Positions 26,941-40,557 of a stretch of DNA of 64,000 nucleotides are shown here, piece after piece (the stretch's first letter is position 1; every line of letters starts with the position of its first letter). The notes beneath the pieces are model-generated. The model had not been told where the DNA came from, made no database searches, and saw nothing but the letters and a program-made list of their open reading frames with translations. The stretch is from Octopus sinensis. Its lineage: Eukaryota. Where the stretch lies: the NCBI RefSeq assembly GCF_006345805.1, contig NC_043010.1:25234001-25298000 (forward strand), in the 5' to 3' direction. Made by a program: the position numbers and the translations under genes.

Positions 26941-27348
26941 AAAAATATATATATATATATACATACACACACTGGAATATTTTTAAGTACTATAACAGAA
27001 ACTAATACTTGACTAAAATTTTGTAAAAAAAATTAAACTTGAATTAAAATTTAAAATTAAATGAAATTCAAGTGATTCTATCACTTAGAAAAATTATTTT
27101 AAAACTGAAATTCAAACTTAGGGTAAAATTTATTGTGTTTTAAAAAAATCAAATGGAAATGTGAATTTCAAATTGAAATGAAAAAGAGTTTTCATTTTAA
27201 ATTTTGAATCTTCCTTCTACTCCGTCTTACCCTCTCAGTACAGTTTTCTTTTTAAATATCTCAGCTTTATTAATTTAAAATTATAAATAAAAAATGATAA
27301 AAATTTATATGCTAAATAATTTTTTTCCCTATTTTTTTCCCTATTCAG

Positions 27349-27563
27349 TTTAATGCATGCTTGCATCTGTGACAATCTTCAAGCTGCAAAGGTCCTGCAT
27401 AGAAATGGTGCACCTTTTGAAGATTTTGATTTCGGTGGATCTAGTCCACTACATCATGCTGTTGACAGTGGCAGCTGCGAGATCATATCGTGGATGATAA
27501 GGGTTGGAGCAGATGTGGACATTCGAGACAAAAATGCTGCTTGGACTCCACTGATGCGATGTG
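27349..27563 (+). CDS. FANK1: FANK1 paralog a, ankyrin exon (LMHACICD...WTPLMRC), 215 nt
   Basis: attcag acceptor, g|gtaagt donor; GGSSPLHHAVDSG and WTPLMR align with human GGCTALHWAADGG and GWTPLMR (recalled). Confidence 0.95.
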
Positions 27564-28448
27564 GTAAGTTCTAAGTGTAGTTTGATTCCTTTTATTCTTT
27601 TCAAAGTATTGTAAAACATGTGAGGATAGGTTGTTCATGTGTGTGCAAGTGAGAGTATACACATGTGCATAACAGTAGAATTTAAGAATTACAGGATTAC
27701 ACCTACTTCATTCAGAATTGCAGAATTACATCTACTTCATTCCATTAGACATTTGTATGCTCATCAAGAACTGTGGTGTATGATCATCAAACGATGCACA
27801 AACAAATGTAAAGATGGCCATCTTTGTATTCATTAGAGAATCATAAATAAAACAAGTTCAAAGCTGCTATTACTATCTAGAAAAATTTCTATATTTGATA
27901 TAACCACAATTGCTTCTATAAATATGGTAATGTTTAGTTGCAGAAACAGAAATTCATGCTAGTAATAATATGTTAAACACATATTTCCCAATATCTTCTA
28001 TCATCATCTTGATCATTATAGAAGAAAAAAATGAATGTGTAAATAATAATAAGGGTTTTATATTTTGGCACAAGGTCAGCAATTTAAGGGAGGAGGTAAG
28101 TCAATACCAACCCCCAAGGTTCAAGTGATACTTGTTTTATAGACCCCAAAAGAATGATAGGTAAAGTCAACCTAAGTGGCATTTGAACTCAGGACAGAAG
28201 AAATACTGCTAAGCATTTTGTCCAGCAGGCTAATGATTCTGATAGTCTGCTGCCTTATAAATAATAATAATAATAATAATAATAATGACACTAATATGGT
28301 GCTTATTGTAAACAGTGCTCAGTGCACTACGACTCATCAGAAAAGGTTAAATAAGAAGATGGAAAGACAGCAATGGAAGCTAGAAAGACATACAGAGACC
28401 ATAGAATAAAACAGAAAAAGATAGAAAAGTGAACAGTAAATAGGTGTA

Positions 28449-28944
28449 CAAGGTGCATTCAAAAATTATCTACCTTTTTTTTCCTGCCAAAACTAATGTT
28501 GCATGGGCAAAATCCTTTGGGGAGGAGATGACACTACCCTTCCTGCACAAATATGAAAATTTTTGTGCTGGTAGACCATATTGGTCCCTGGCTATTATGC
28601 CTGGAGTACAGACATGTAGTGTGCACTCATCAGATTTTGATTTTCACACAAGATGATCAAACACGTCGAGCAGAGACCGTAAACTCATGTCACCTCACCA
28701 GTGATGACAGTCTTCATGAAATCTGGGTCATGGTTTGCACAGTCCAACATGTCCTCAGCGATTTCCATGTGGAGTTGCTTCTGTTGCTCCACAGTATCTT
28801 GGGAATGAATTACAGCCTACCAGTGTAAAAATTTTCTTGCATCCACAGGAAGGATAGTGTCACCTCCCACCCAAATTATTTGGCTCATGCTACTTTAGTT
28901 TTAGCAGGAAAAAATAAAGTGGGATACTTTTTGAATGCATATCA
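28449..28944 (+). mobile_element. Non-autonomous mariner-type MITE with ~100-bp TIRs
   Basis: TA-flanked; inverted arms 28449-28545 and 28845-28944. Confidence 0.75.
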
Positions 28945-29498
28945 TATTGAACTATTGATATTAGAATGCCTAAATCCACTTCATTTCAGTGGTACACTTT
29001 ATGTATGTATTTGTTTATTAATTAGGGAATGAGGTTCAGAACTCTTGGACATTATAAACCCACTCAGATTAGTGAGGTTGATGTGGTTAATGTTACTTTG
29101 AACTTCTGTTGATTTAAGAATCCTTATAAAGTGAACTTCTGCTATCCTGTGGCCAACAAAATTGGAATATCTCACAAAAATATTGATTTTATAAATTGCA
29201 AACAGTATTTCTTTCATTGAAAAACTAAAAATACATCAATAGCATTTCTTTATTTCAATGTTTAGCAATTTTATGATGTAAATCTCTGTCGATCATATAG
29301 ACTATGTTCAATTTAGGTTTGTACTCCATATTTTCACATTTTTCTTAGTTTTAGATAATGGCTTTTATGAATCTCATGTTTTCAAGTGTGAAGTATAATG
29401 GAATTTTGGCATCTACACCTCACTATATATACATTAGGCTATATTATATAAGATTCAAGAGTGTAAATTTGGTTGACACAAGAATTCTTTAAGCTATA

Positions 29499-30893
29499 TA
29501 CTGAACTGCAAAATAAATGCAATTTTATATGGTAAATTCTGAAAATTTATTTCAGGGATGTAAGTGTAAATATTCCAAGACATGGTTTAAGGCAGAGATC
29601 CAAATTGCAGGTAACCTTTCAACTTTCCCTGAAACAAGACACCAAAACACATGTGCATCTCGTGGAGGTTATGGGTGTAAAAATCAACTTAAACCGCATT
29701 CCTGGTATTCGTAATTTGGACACATCAGGATTGTCAGCAGCACAGAGGGAACAAGCTATCAGCTGATTACAAGCAGGGCTGCATGCTCTGGTTGTTGTGA
29801 AAAGCTTACAATGTCCATGTCAGCACCATCTATTGCCTGCAACAGCGATACAACAACAACAACAGCACTGCAGACTGTGCCCCCAGGTGACCATGTTCAG
29901 GCAGGACCGCTTCATCCACCTGCAACAACTCCGTGATCACTTCAGACTGGCCAGCGTGACAGTTCACAAGACCATTATCACTGGACAGAGGCCCATCAGC
30001 GATGACATGGTACGACATTGACTGGCCACCAACAACCTGCGTTGCTGTCATCCTGCTCGAAGGCCTGCCCTCACCACTCACCACTGTCAGGTATGACTAC
30101 AGTGGGCTACATAGCACCGACATTGGTGGCATCAACAATGGAGGTCAATAGTCTTCTCTGATGAGAGCCAGTACTGCATTTCCACCGTGAATAGCAGAGT
30201 GAGGGTGTGGCGTAGGAGGGGTGAACACTACAGAGATGCATGTCATGGGGAGAGACACGTGGGGTGGCCAAAGCATCATGGTTTGGGGTGCTGTAGGCCT
30301 GAATCAGAGAATTGGGCTCCTTGTGTTCCAAATTGTTGGTGCAGGCAGAGGGAGTGGCATCACAGCACAGTGCTACATTGACCAGATCCTAACACCTCTC
30401 ATCATGCCCTTCTTTGCACATCACCATAGCTACGTGTTCCAGGAGGACAATGCTCCTTCCCACACAGCCAGGGTCATCATGGACTTCCTGCATCAGCACA
30501 TCAGCCCAGGTTTGAACCCAATTGAACACCTAAGGGATGAAATCAAGAGACGGCTGAACCAGGTTGTCACAAGGCCGATAACTCATGTGTAACTGTAGGC
30601 AGCTTTCCTCAGGGTATGGGCACAGGCTTTTGTGAACCACCTCATGCACTCCATGTACCGACGGTGTATGTCCATTTTGAACACACAGGGAACATGGTAT
30701 TGAATACGTCACGCCCTACAATCTCGATGTACTGGATCCACCCACTACCAGAACACATGACAACGACCCATAGACTGTGGTCAAAGTACATCCAAGAATT
30801 TGACTTTATCAGATTTATCAAAATTTATCCCTGACATAATGAAATTAAAACATATTTCAGTTACACGTCTCGCATTTCTTTTGCAGTTCAGTG
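29499..30893 (+). mobile_element. Degraded Tc1-family (DD34E) transposon
   Basis: TIRs (t/c)actgaactgcaaaa(t/g)aaatgc with TA flanks; VFQEDNAPSH and LNPIEHL motifs. Confidence 0.9.
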
Positions 30894-31544
30894 TAGATAT
30901 AAAATCTCTACTTAATAAATTGTCAAGCAAACAAAGGAAATAATGATAATTATCACACTCAACTAACTGAATTATTGTGTGTGATTGTGTGAATTAGGGA
31001 AGAAAACATCAACACATCAATTGAAAAGTAAAACCTAAATGTGTGGAACCTGTAGTTTTTGAGTTTGCACATGATATTTTAGTATACTGTGATGTCCTCT
31101 CTAGTTGTCCACAAATCTACCATTTATTATTATTAGTGTTATTTTTAGAATGGATGATATATGGTAGAATTGATAGAGTACTAGATAAAAATGCCTTACA
31201 ACAATTTGTTATGTGTCTTTATATTCTGAGTTTAAATCCCACCAAGAATTATTCTGATTTTCATCCTTTCATGAATCAGAAAGCAATCAAGTACTAAAGA
31301 TAAACTGATCAACAATGACCAACCCAACCCCATTGTCTGCTTTTGATAAAAATCATTTAATCAATGTAGCAATAGACTAATATGTTCTCATATCCCGTCA
31401 TGCACTGATTTCAGATAGCAATGGGGCAAGCTTTGGCTTTTATCCATTTGGGATTAGAAAGATAAATCAGTCAAATCTGGGTTCAATTTCAACTATACAT
31501 CTCAAAATGTGGACATGTGCCAATGTTAGATATTATTATTATTG

Positions 31545-31750
31545 CACAGGTTGGCAGAACCATTCAAGCATTAAACAAAAATCCTTAAAATATTTGTTCA
31601 GGTCTTTATATTCTATGTTTAAACCCTGACAGGGACAACTATTCCTTTCATTCTTTCAGGGCTGATAAAATAAAATACTTGTCAATAGCTGGATCGATAT
31701 AATATGATTAACCTCTCTTCCAGTTTCTGTTCTTTTACCTAAATTAGAAA
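31545..31750 (+). mobile_element. tRNA-derived SINE
   Basis: tggcagaa A-box-like and tgtttaaac B-box remnant; family body as in the other copies. Confidence 0.55.
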
Positions 31751-32747
31751 TTATTATTGTTGTTGTTGTTGTTATTTACATTATTGTTGCTTTGTTTTAT
31801 ACAAGCTGTTCTAGGTTTTGCTCAGAGACCTCAAGTAATACCAAGTTGGATGTTTCATTATGGATGTCATTTATTATTAGCAATGACTTGTATATGTGAA
31901 AGAGACCAAGAACTAAGATTCTGTTAAATTTGTAATATTTCAGTTAGAGTTTTAAGAGAATCAAATTTCTGGTTTGTACCTATATTAACATCAGTTGTAG
32001 TTAGGTTGATTTAATAATTTAACCTCTTACCTCAAATCTCAGGCCTTTTGCATATATAGAATGTTAAAGCAATGAATTGACAGGAGCAGTATATACTACA
32101 AACTAAATACATTTTAATATTTCTTGACTTCTGTGTTCCAACCTCACTGAAGATTTAAAGTTTTTACTGAAACATTCCACTAGCATTCCTAATTTTTCAA
32201 GAGTGAATGTATTCTATTTCTATTGGACCACTAGTATTTTTGCCCCGGGTAATTTTTCCAAGAAAGGACTTACAGCACATCATTGTATGTGTAGCAGCAG
32301 CACCATTCCAAATTCAGGAGTTGTATTCCATTATGAATCTTACTTGTGCTTTGCAGAGAATCAGCAGCTTATCAGAACAAGTATTTTCTGGAACTGAAGA
32401 GCAAGTCTTGACTTTAAAATGCAGTTGTAACTATGTTATCTGTTGACAAGAAAGTTCATCAGAGGTTATGAGGCTTTGTATTTGTGGCAACTTTAAGGAT
32501 TTTAATTACCTGTTGTACAAGACTTGAGAGGGTGACATATAAAATTGTATGCTAGAGATGTGCAGTGATTGTGTCTTAGTGTTGTTGAAAGAGACAAAAT
32601 TTTTATATCCCTATTGAAATATTTGCACCCACGAACATCTTTTAGTAGGAAAACTGAATACATTAACTGAGTTTCTATTAAGGAATTCATACGTATGGAT
32701 TGACATGATGTATTCAGTGTTCTGTGTTTTCTTTTTTTTTTTCTCAG

Positions 32748-32920
32748 CTTCTCTTTCTGGTAACAAATCAGTTGCTAAGACATTGATCTTCGATGGAGCT
32801 AATATTGATCTCAGAGACAATGATGGAAAAACCTGTTTAATAATTGCAGTCATGAATGATCATGAACAATTAGTAGAACTTCTCTTGGAGAGCAACGTCA
32901 ACGTCACAATATTAAATAAG
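32748..32920 (+). CDS. FANK1: FANK1 paralog a, ankyrin exon (A-SLSGNKSVA...GKTCLIIAVMNDHEQLVELLLE...LNK), 173 nt
   Basis: Long polypyrimidine tract + cag; aag|gttagc donor; aligns to human SGNQRVASLLIDAGANV...[21 protein letters not shown] (recalled). Confidence 0.95.
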
Positions 32921-34366
32921 GTTAGCGGATTCCTGTCTCCTCTATTATTCATTGTAGATCATCATCACTGACATTGTTGATCAATTTTACTAGTCAGACA
33001 AAGTGAACCAAGAATTTTTATGTGCATTGTTTAAGGTTTAGCAAGGGAAAGTGATGTGGCTATGGCCCTGGTAATATTATAATCTGGTTTCAAACAAGTC
33101 GTGATTAAGAGCACCAAGAAATACAAAAACACGGGTTAAAATTGACAGCCAAACTGGTACGATATGAATAATACTGTTAGTAAAAATACATTGGTTCCTC
33201 GTGCAGTTTGTACATGATGATGTGCACAGGAAAAGAACAAAGTACGTTAAAGTCTTCTGCTGACAATTCTCTCTTCTCTGAGAGTAGCTTAGAGGAAATT
33301 CTTTATTTATAGTGGTAGGGTGACTCAAAACACACAATGCTTTTCTGGTCTGGCAAGTAGTCTAAATGGATAACTTAAAGCATCCAATCGGCACAAATGG
33401 GTTTGGTCATGTGACCACTTGCATAAAACAAGTGTAGAAGCTGTTATGAGCCTATTTAAGCTTAAGAAAACCAAATTGTGAATATATACTTGCTACAAAG
33501 GGTAAACAAAATGGCTGTTGTAATTTTCAATTAAACTTGTGATCACCAGGATCAGCCCATACTGTTATGATAATAATAGTGATTATGGTTTCCAAGATAG
33601 GCACAAGGAGAGTAATAATTTCATTCAACTTCCTTATATGGTAAATAGTTTTCTTCCCCTTTTTTTTTAATGAATAAAAATAATAAAGTCAATCCTGGAA
33701 AGAATTGAACTTGAAACCTAAAAGAACATAGCTAAATACTACAAGCCATTTCGTCAGGTATTCTGCCACTCATTGTCTCACTAATAATTAATGCTAGTTC
33801 AAACCAGTAAAAAAATAAGTTATTATTAATAGTTTTGTAAAATAGTGTTGTGTTATGAACTGAGTGTATTAGTTTTGATGCCTTCATAGATTTAGTCATG
33901 CTCCTTTACTTTCTTATCTCAAATCCCATCAAGGTCAAGTTTGTTTTTATTTTGATAAAAAAAAGTACTAATCAAGTATTGGAGTTGATATAATTGATTG
34001 TGCTTTCACTCCTGAAATGTGTGGCCTTATGCTTATATTAGAAATTGTTATTGTGATTGAAGACAGGAGAGGGTGTAAGGGAAGAAATGAATAAACATTT
34101 TTCAGTATTTGGTTTTGTCTCTCAATTCTAGACCTCATGGCATTAACTTTCCCAATGATCCTTTGGGTCTTAAAATATATACCAAAATTAAACTGGAACC
34201 TAGTGGCTCTATGTTCAATAAAATAAATATATTGGGGTTGATCCAGTTGATACATTCTCCTATCCCCTACCAAAAATAGCTTTGTTACTTAGAAATTAAT
34301 ATCAATGTATGAACAACCATTTACACTGGCTTCATTTTTTTCTTTTTCTCTTTCTATCCTTTTCAG

Positions 34367-34411
34367 AGTGGTCGAACAGCATATGAAATAGCAGTTGCCC
34401 TTAAAAAAACT
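34367..34411 (+). CDS. FANK1: FANK1 paralog a, 45-nt exon (SGRTAYEIAVALKKT)
   Basis: tttcag acceptor, act|gtgagt donor; phase 0/0; corresponds to human FGKGVLEMARVFDRQ (recalled). Confidence 0.9.
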
Positions 34412-35011
34412 GTGAGTAGATTTATTGTTCAAGTTAACTTTTGAAAGCAGTATGGTTTATCAGTTTCCTCTTCCTCCTTATTCTTCTTCCCTTTTTCTTT
34501 CTTCTTCTGGTTTTAGGTCAGCCCTGATTCAGTATCAAATTTTGAGAGAATAACTGTGTGATCTGTAGATGGAAAATGTTTTGGATGTGTGTTAACTGTT
34601 TTCATCATTTAACCTGCATTCCAACCATGATTATACCATCTTTTTCTCAGGAACCATATGAACAAAATAAAATAAAAACGGTATCCATTAATATAACCGT
34701 CTTTCTAAAGTCAGAAATGACTGGAATATTCATCTGTAACCACAATGTCTATTACTCAGTGTATCTAGGATTCTATTGTCCAATTATTCATTTTTAAGAT
34801 TTGAATTGATCCCTAATTTCAGCCATTCCATAGATATTGTTTAACCATAGTCAGCCTGAAACAGCAGGTCCATGGTGAAAAGTATTTTGGTTATAAACCA
34901 TCCTTTTTTTTTTGTGTTGTAGACTACTATTAGTTTCCTCTAATTATGGTTTATATTATAAGGTTATAAGTTTATTTTTTTGTTGAAGCCATTTTTCTTT
35001 TCATTTGTCAG

Positions 35012-35098
35012 GCAATAATAAAGATCTTGGATAAATATATTAAAAGTAGAAAGAATAATATTCCTAAGGAGGAGACCAGAAATGTTAGTGTTACATAA
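35012..35098 (+). CDS. FANK1: FANK1 paralog a, terminal exon (AIIKILDKYIKSRKNNIPKEETRNVSVT*)
   Basis: tcatttgtcag acceptor, phase 0; helix plus basic tail like human SVVSLLEERKKKQ (recalled); TAA at 35096-98. Confidence 0.75.
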   Translation, partial: AIIKILDKYIKSRKNNIPKEETRNVSVT

Positions 35099-35299
35099 CT
35101 TATGGAATTTAGGTATGTGTCTCTTTGCATCTTCTCAGATGTTTACAGTTTATTTTCTTCTTTATATCATCATGACATGCACACACATGCTCCTACATGC
35201 ACATATATTAAGCAGCTACTTGTTATAGTTAAGCGCAAACTAGAAGTGGCTTTAGTGCGATGCTGATGTACGAAAAGTACCTCCTCCCCACACCATAGA

Positions 35300-35950
35300 A
35301 GAACCAGGAGGAGGAAGATAATCTGGTTTAACCCATCATTCAGCATGAATGTACTTGCTAATAAAACCAAGAACTTACTAACTATTGTAGGACAATATAT
35401 TTCCTACTGGTAAACAGATGCAACACTCTTGAACATCATCAATAACTTGATAACTTTAACCTTGATCACTCACCAAAACTACTAAAAACATTGACCCAGA
35501 CAGCCAACTTGTAACTTGAGAAATTCCAATACTACCCACTCAGAGGATAATGTTTTTCCAAAACAGATAATTGAAAGGAATCATACAGTGCTCACATTGA
35601 AAACATTCAAAATCTGTTATTACCAGCATTTATGCATTAAAATCAAGAGATATGAAAATTCCATATCCTTGTTCTAATTTATCTGGAAACTTAAGGACCA
35701 TGAATTGGAATGTATTTCATTAACACAGAGTATCTTTAACAAAACCTCTCCATGCTTCAGTGGATTCTCAAACTGAAGATTGTGCTTATCTGAAATCTTC
35801 CTGATATTAAAACAACCAACAATGTAACTTAAATGGAGATCAGAAATATTATCTCACTGTGGCCACCAGAAAAAATTCCCCCTGGATAGCTCCCTACTGA
35901 TTCAAACTCATCATGGTCAACAAGCTCGAGTCAGTAGGAAGGAATGAGTA
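35300..35950 (+). mobile_element. Old Penelope-like remnant
   Basis: aggaggaagataatctggtttaacccatcattcagcatgaatgta = RRKIIWFNPSFSMNV, the typical PLE linker motif. Confidence 0.6.
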
Positions 35951-37106
35951 AGCATGCAAGCAGGCATGCATAAAAAATTTCATGTATATTTGACAAATAT
36001 ATAAATCAATGTAATATACAAGTATATTTACATTTCAGTTTTGGAAGGAGCACTATAATTTTTGCAGAAAATATCTCATAGACTGGCAAAGTTGTTGTTC
36101 AGATTGAAATTGTTTGATTGTTGCATACAAATAAAGTGTGAGTAAAAAGTAAGTTCCAGGAAGTTGTAATTCTATGGACAAAAGTTAGTTTGTACAAAAT
36201 TTTGTTGATGTACAAGATGGAGAAGAGAACTGTGAAAATATAATCTGTGTGAGTTTGGGTAGTTCACAGAAGTGTGGTGATGATAAACAAAATAAAGGAG
36301 AGATAAAGCATGTCAATATTTTAGTGGTTGTTGCGACAAATGACTTTTGGGGGCTACATATTCTAGATTGTTTGCATGCATAGCAAGACTTTAAGAATAT
36401 ATTTATTCATTATTTGATAATAGAGTATAAGTTATCAGCTTACCAATTTCAAACCAACTATATTATATCATTGTGTTTATTCTATGTATATTATCTATTA
36501 CTTCAGATCACCTAATTATCAAACATAATGTAGCAATAATATTCGCCATAGACAGGCCATCTATTAAGGAAGACAAAAGGAGTCCCCGCAAAAGCTCTTT
36601 TAGCTTAACAGATACATAAGTTGTATGTTTGTTTGAGTGTAGTGTGTGTAAAAATGTGTATCCATGTTCATGAATGCATTTAGATATATACATTTACAAA
36701 TGAATACCTACATAGGTGCTTGGAAAGAGACATATATATCTATACTATGTGCTATATGGAAAATTGATATATACTATGTATGTTTTTGTATGTGGTTTTG
36801 TGTATTCTGGGGTGAGCAATTACCTTGAGTTATGTCCCTTTAGGCAAAAATTAAGGTAGAACTTAATCATTGGTAAATAGAAATTGATAAGTACCAGACA
36901 AAGTGGTGCCCCAGCATTGCCACAGTCTACTGAATGAAACCAGTGAAATAATAAAAGAATAAAAAAAAAGTTGGGAGGATTCGAATCTCAAGTTATTATT
37001 TGGGAGTGGGGTGTCTATCAATATTAGAAAAAATATTAAAATTACTTTTTTGTTTAAATATTTTTTTAAAAATATTTATTAGCAACAGAGACAATATTAA
37101 TACCAA

Positions 37107-37673
37107 GAGGTAATATTTATATCTACTTAAATGAGGATGTTCTATTAGAACAAACCATATTGCAGTAGTTACCATGAGAGAAACTCCCATATTGGCTTTG
37201 ATGCAAAATATTTATTAGTGGTATAAACAAGAGTGCATTTTGCACCAGAATCCAATATGAGAGTTTCTCCACAGTGTAGTTTGTTCTAACAGAACATCTG
37301 CATTTACATTGGGATAAATATTACCTTTTGTTATAATTACTCCCACTGTCACTAATGAATATCTTTTAACAAGCTCACTGGCCAATCACAACACCAGTAC
37401 CTGTTCTGGCACTGTTATTCTATATATTGCTGGTAGGGAGATGAATTGCTGCGATCTCTAGTGGTCAAGTGTCCATCATTGACAAGACCAAGGAAGGTCG
37501 AAATCTGGTAGTCTCATCCCTGGAGGTGGCAAGGATTTATCTCCCCACTAGCAATATAAACAAGAGTGCATTTTGCATATCAAGCCAAGATGAGAATTTC
37601 TCTCATGGTAACTACTGCAGCATATTTTGTTCTAACAGAACATCCTTATTTAAGTGGAGATAAATATTACTTC
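37107..37673. repeat. Nested inverted-repeat (MITE-like) element
   Basis: Arm 37107-37205 is inverted at 37563-37673 and again, more diverged, at 37237-37327; internal hairpin 37430-37555. Confidence 0.75.
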
Positions 37674-38447
37674 TAAATATATTTTGTTAATTCGTAAACC
37701 TCTATATTTATCAGAATTGTAATGCTAACTAATTCCAGAATCTGGACATGCATTGGGAAAAGACCTTCAGATAATTCTCTGTCTCCATGATGTCATCATA
37801 CCTTGCAATTCAATGTGCTGATACAATGAAAAGAATCAGGCTTTTATCTGCTTGCCTGAAGTCATAAAACAATTTATGTTGTAAGACTATTTTTATCTTC
37901 TAGGATTTCAACAAAACAAATGAAAACAATTCTGACATTCCAGAAGAATCGTTACAATAAAGTTACTTCCTTCACTCATCAACTGCCATTTTGAACTGGA
38001 CATTATTGTTGTTGCTGTGATGTCTTAATCTTCTACATTTTTTTCATTTCATTTGTTTCAGTTTTATACCTTCTTTTTCTTCTTCTGTGGTAATTTTTAT
38101 TTGAGGGTTGGGGAGAGACAAGAGCTTGTGACATTAGTACATAAGCTCTTTTATTATTTCTCCTTCATGTATATAAATAGATACATATGTATGTATATGT
38201 GTGTGTGTGTGTATACACAGCTAAGTAAGATATGGGTAAAAACCTTGTAGAATGCTATGCAAAGCTTGTCCATAGTTATTGGCTACCTGATGTCATCATA
38301 CAGAGGAAATGCTCCTGCTACTGGATAAACATCAGCAATTCCAAAATAATCCTTAGAGTTTATATATAAAACAAAAAAGATGTAAAAATGTATCAAAATA
38401 ATTGTAGTGATTTTAGATAAAGAATGTTATTAGTTCTATTTTCTATC

Positions 38448-38810
38448 ATTGTGGTAAGTAGCTTGCTTACCAACCACATGGTTTGGATTCAGTCCCATTG
38501 CATGGCACTTTGGGCAAGTGTCTTCTACTATAGCCTCGGGCCGACCAAAGCCTTGTGAGTGGATTTGGTAGACGGAAACTGAAAGAAGCCTGTCGTATAT
38601 ATATGTGTGTGTGTCTGTGTTTGTCCTCCCAACATCGCTTGACAACCAATGCTGGTGTGTTCATGTCCCCGTAACTTAGCGGTTCGGCAAAAGAAACCGA
38701 TAGAATAAGTACTAGGCTTACAAAGAATAAGTCCTGGGGTCGATTTGCTCGACTAAAGGCGGTGCTCCAGCATGGCCACAGTCAAATGACTGAAACAAGT
38801 TTAAAGAGTA
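38448..38810 (+). mobile_element. tRNA-derived SINE (second family), near full length
   Basis: gtggtaagtagcttgcttacc...ttgggcaagtgtcttctactatagcctcgggccgacc...ggtgctccagcatggccacag; related fragments at 8930-9050, 36860-36960, 54868-54895 (-) and 61990-62050 (-). Confidence 0.8.
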
Positions 38811-38817
38811 AAAGAGT

Positions 38818-38942
<125 letters not shown>

Positions 38943-39299
38943 TATCGGGGTCAATAAATTGAGTACCAGTTTCGCATTGGGGTCGATGTAATCGACTTTA
39001 TCCCTTTGTCTGTCCTTGTTTGTCCTCTCTATGTTTAGCCCCTTGTGGGTAGTAAAGATATATATATATAGAGAGAGAAAGAGAGAGTATGTGTATGTAT
39101 ATAATAAAGAGGTGGTAAAAGTGTGTCATAAACTCTTGTCTCTTCCCCATGCCACCCAAAAGAATACCACATGAAAAGAAAGGTAGAAGATTGAATAATA
39201 CCTATGTCAATAAGAGACAAGGCACAAAGAAAAGGTTTCCTATATATGTATATGTGCACATGTGTATATACATATTCATACATTTGTTTATAAATATAC

Positions 39300-39333
<34 letters not shown>

Positions 39334-40410
39334 AATAAGAAATACCAGAAACATAATTGGTATTTTGAAGCTTTATAATGTTCACTCATTTCCATAAGCC
39401 ACTGGATCATATTGGTATTTCAACAAAAAATTACAGTATGTTGTTCATTGCATGCCGTTATACATTCTAATCATACATTTTATGCAGAAGGTGGTACACC
39501 AGAATAAGGGTGATAGAAGAGGATGAGGATGTAAGGGGGGGGGGCACACATGTACATACATTCATAGATGCCTACATGCATGCACATGTGCTTACACAAA
39601 GAATAGAGGAAATTGGAGAAAGTGAGGCAGAAAATCCTGGGGTTTTAATTATAGTAACTACCAGCAGTTAATGTATATTTAACAAATATATATTTAAAAA
39701 ATTAATATATATGCATATTTACATTTTAATTTTGGGTGAGAGGGTAGTGATTATAAACTTTTGTCCATAATGTCCCAATTTCCCTTATCCTCCCTTAACA
39801 ACATTGTCATTCCCTGACAAACAACTGGAAATGCTCTGTCTCCTGCCTGTTTGATAGCATCTACCTGAACAGTAGTGAACAAGTCTGGCACATTAGCATA
39901 AAGATCCTAGAGTAGACTGTTCAAACCTGACCAGTTTTCCTTCCCACAATCAGGCAGTACCTCCAACATTTCAGCTGCCATTATCAATTTTCTGTAACAT
40001 TCCACTTCTGGCAATAATTGAGATGGGCACTGAAGTTCACTGTCTCCATTCCACTGCTTCCCACAAATAGTCAGGAAAAGTGTCTCTGAAAAACTACTCA
40101 GATCTACCTGGAATTCAATTGCATGCTCTCATTGTGGTCTATCAAAGACAAGATTATGACTTTGTTGCACACTGCATTTCCACCTCAATACTTTGAATGT
40201 TTTTTTTCTTTTCATTTTAAGTCTAAGAGTATGGATTCAAACAATGCAATATTTATGTCTCATGTCAAAGAAATGGTCAGTACACATTCTTGATGCTTGT
40301 ATTTCATATATGATGACTCTACAAATAACTTTTTCCAGTTCACTTCCACCCAGTTCCTTCTCCAATTGTTCTCTAGAACAAATAAATTCTACAACAAATA
40401 AATTCTATAC

Positions 40411-40557
40411 CAGTGGTTCCCAGCCTGTGGTCCGCAAAGATAGTACTGGGGGTCTGTCAGCATGTTAAGCTGCCAGACCTTTCAATACCATGGGGTCCAT
40501 GGGAAAACTCATTTAAATAAAAGGGGTCCTTGGTAGTGAAAAGGTTGGGAACCACTG
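40411..40557. mobile_element. hAT/Charlie-type MITE, 147 bp
   Basis: TIRs cagtggttccca / tgggaaccactg; perfect 8-bp TSD ttctatac (40403-10, 40558-65). Confidence 0.92.

Noticed and set aside
38448-38520. tRNA-like A/B boxes here and in other SINE heads
   Set aside because: Degenerate SINE heads followed by family bodies; no complete cloverleaf.
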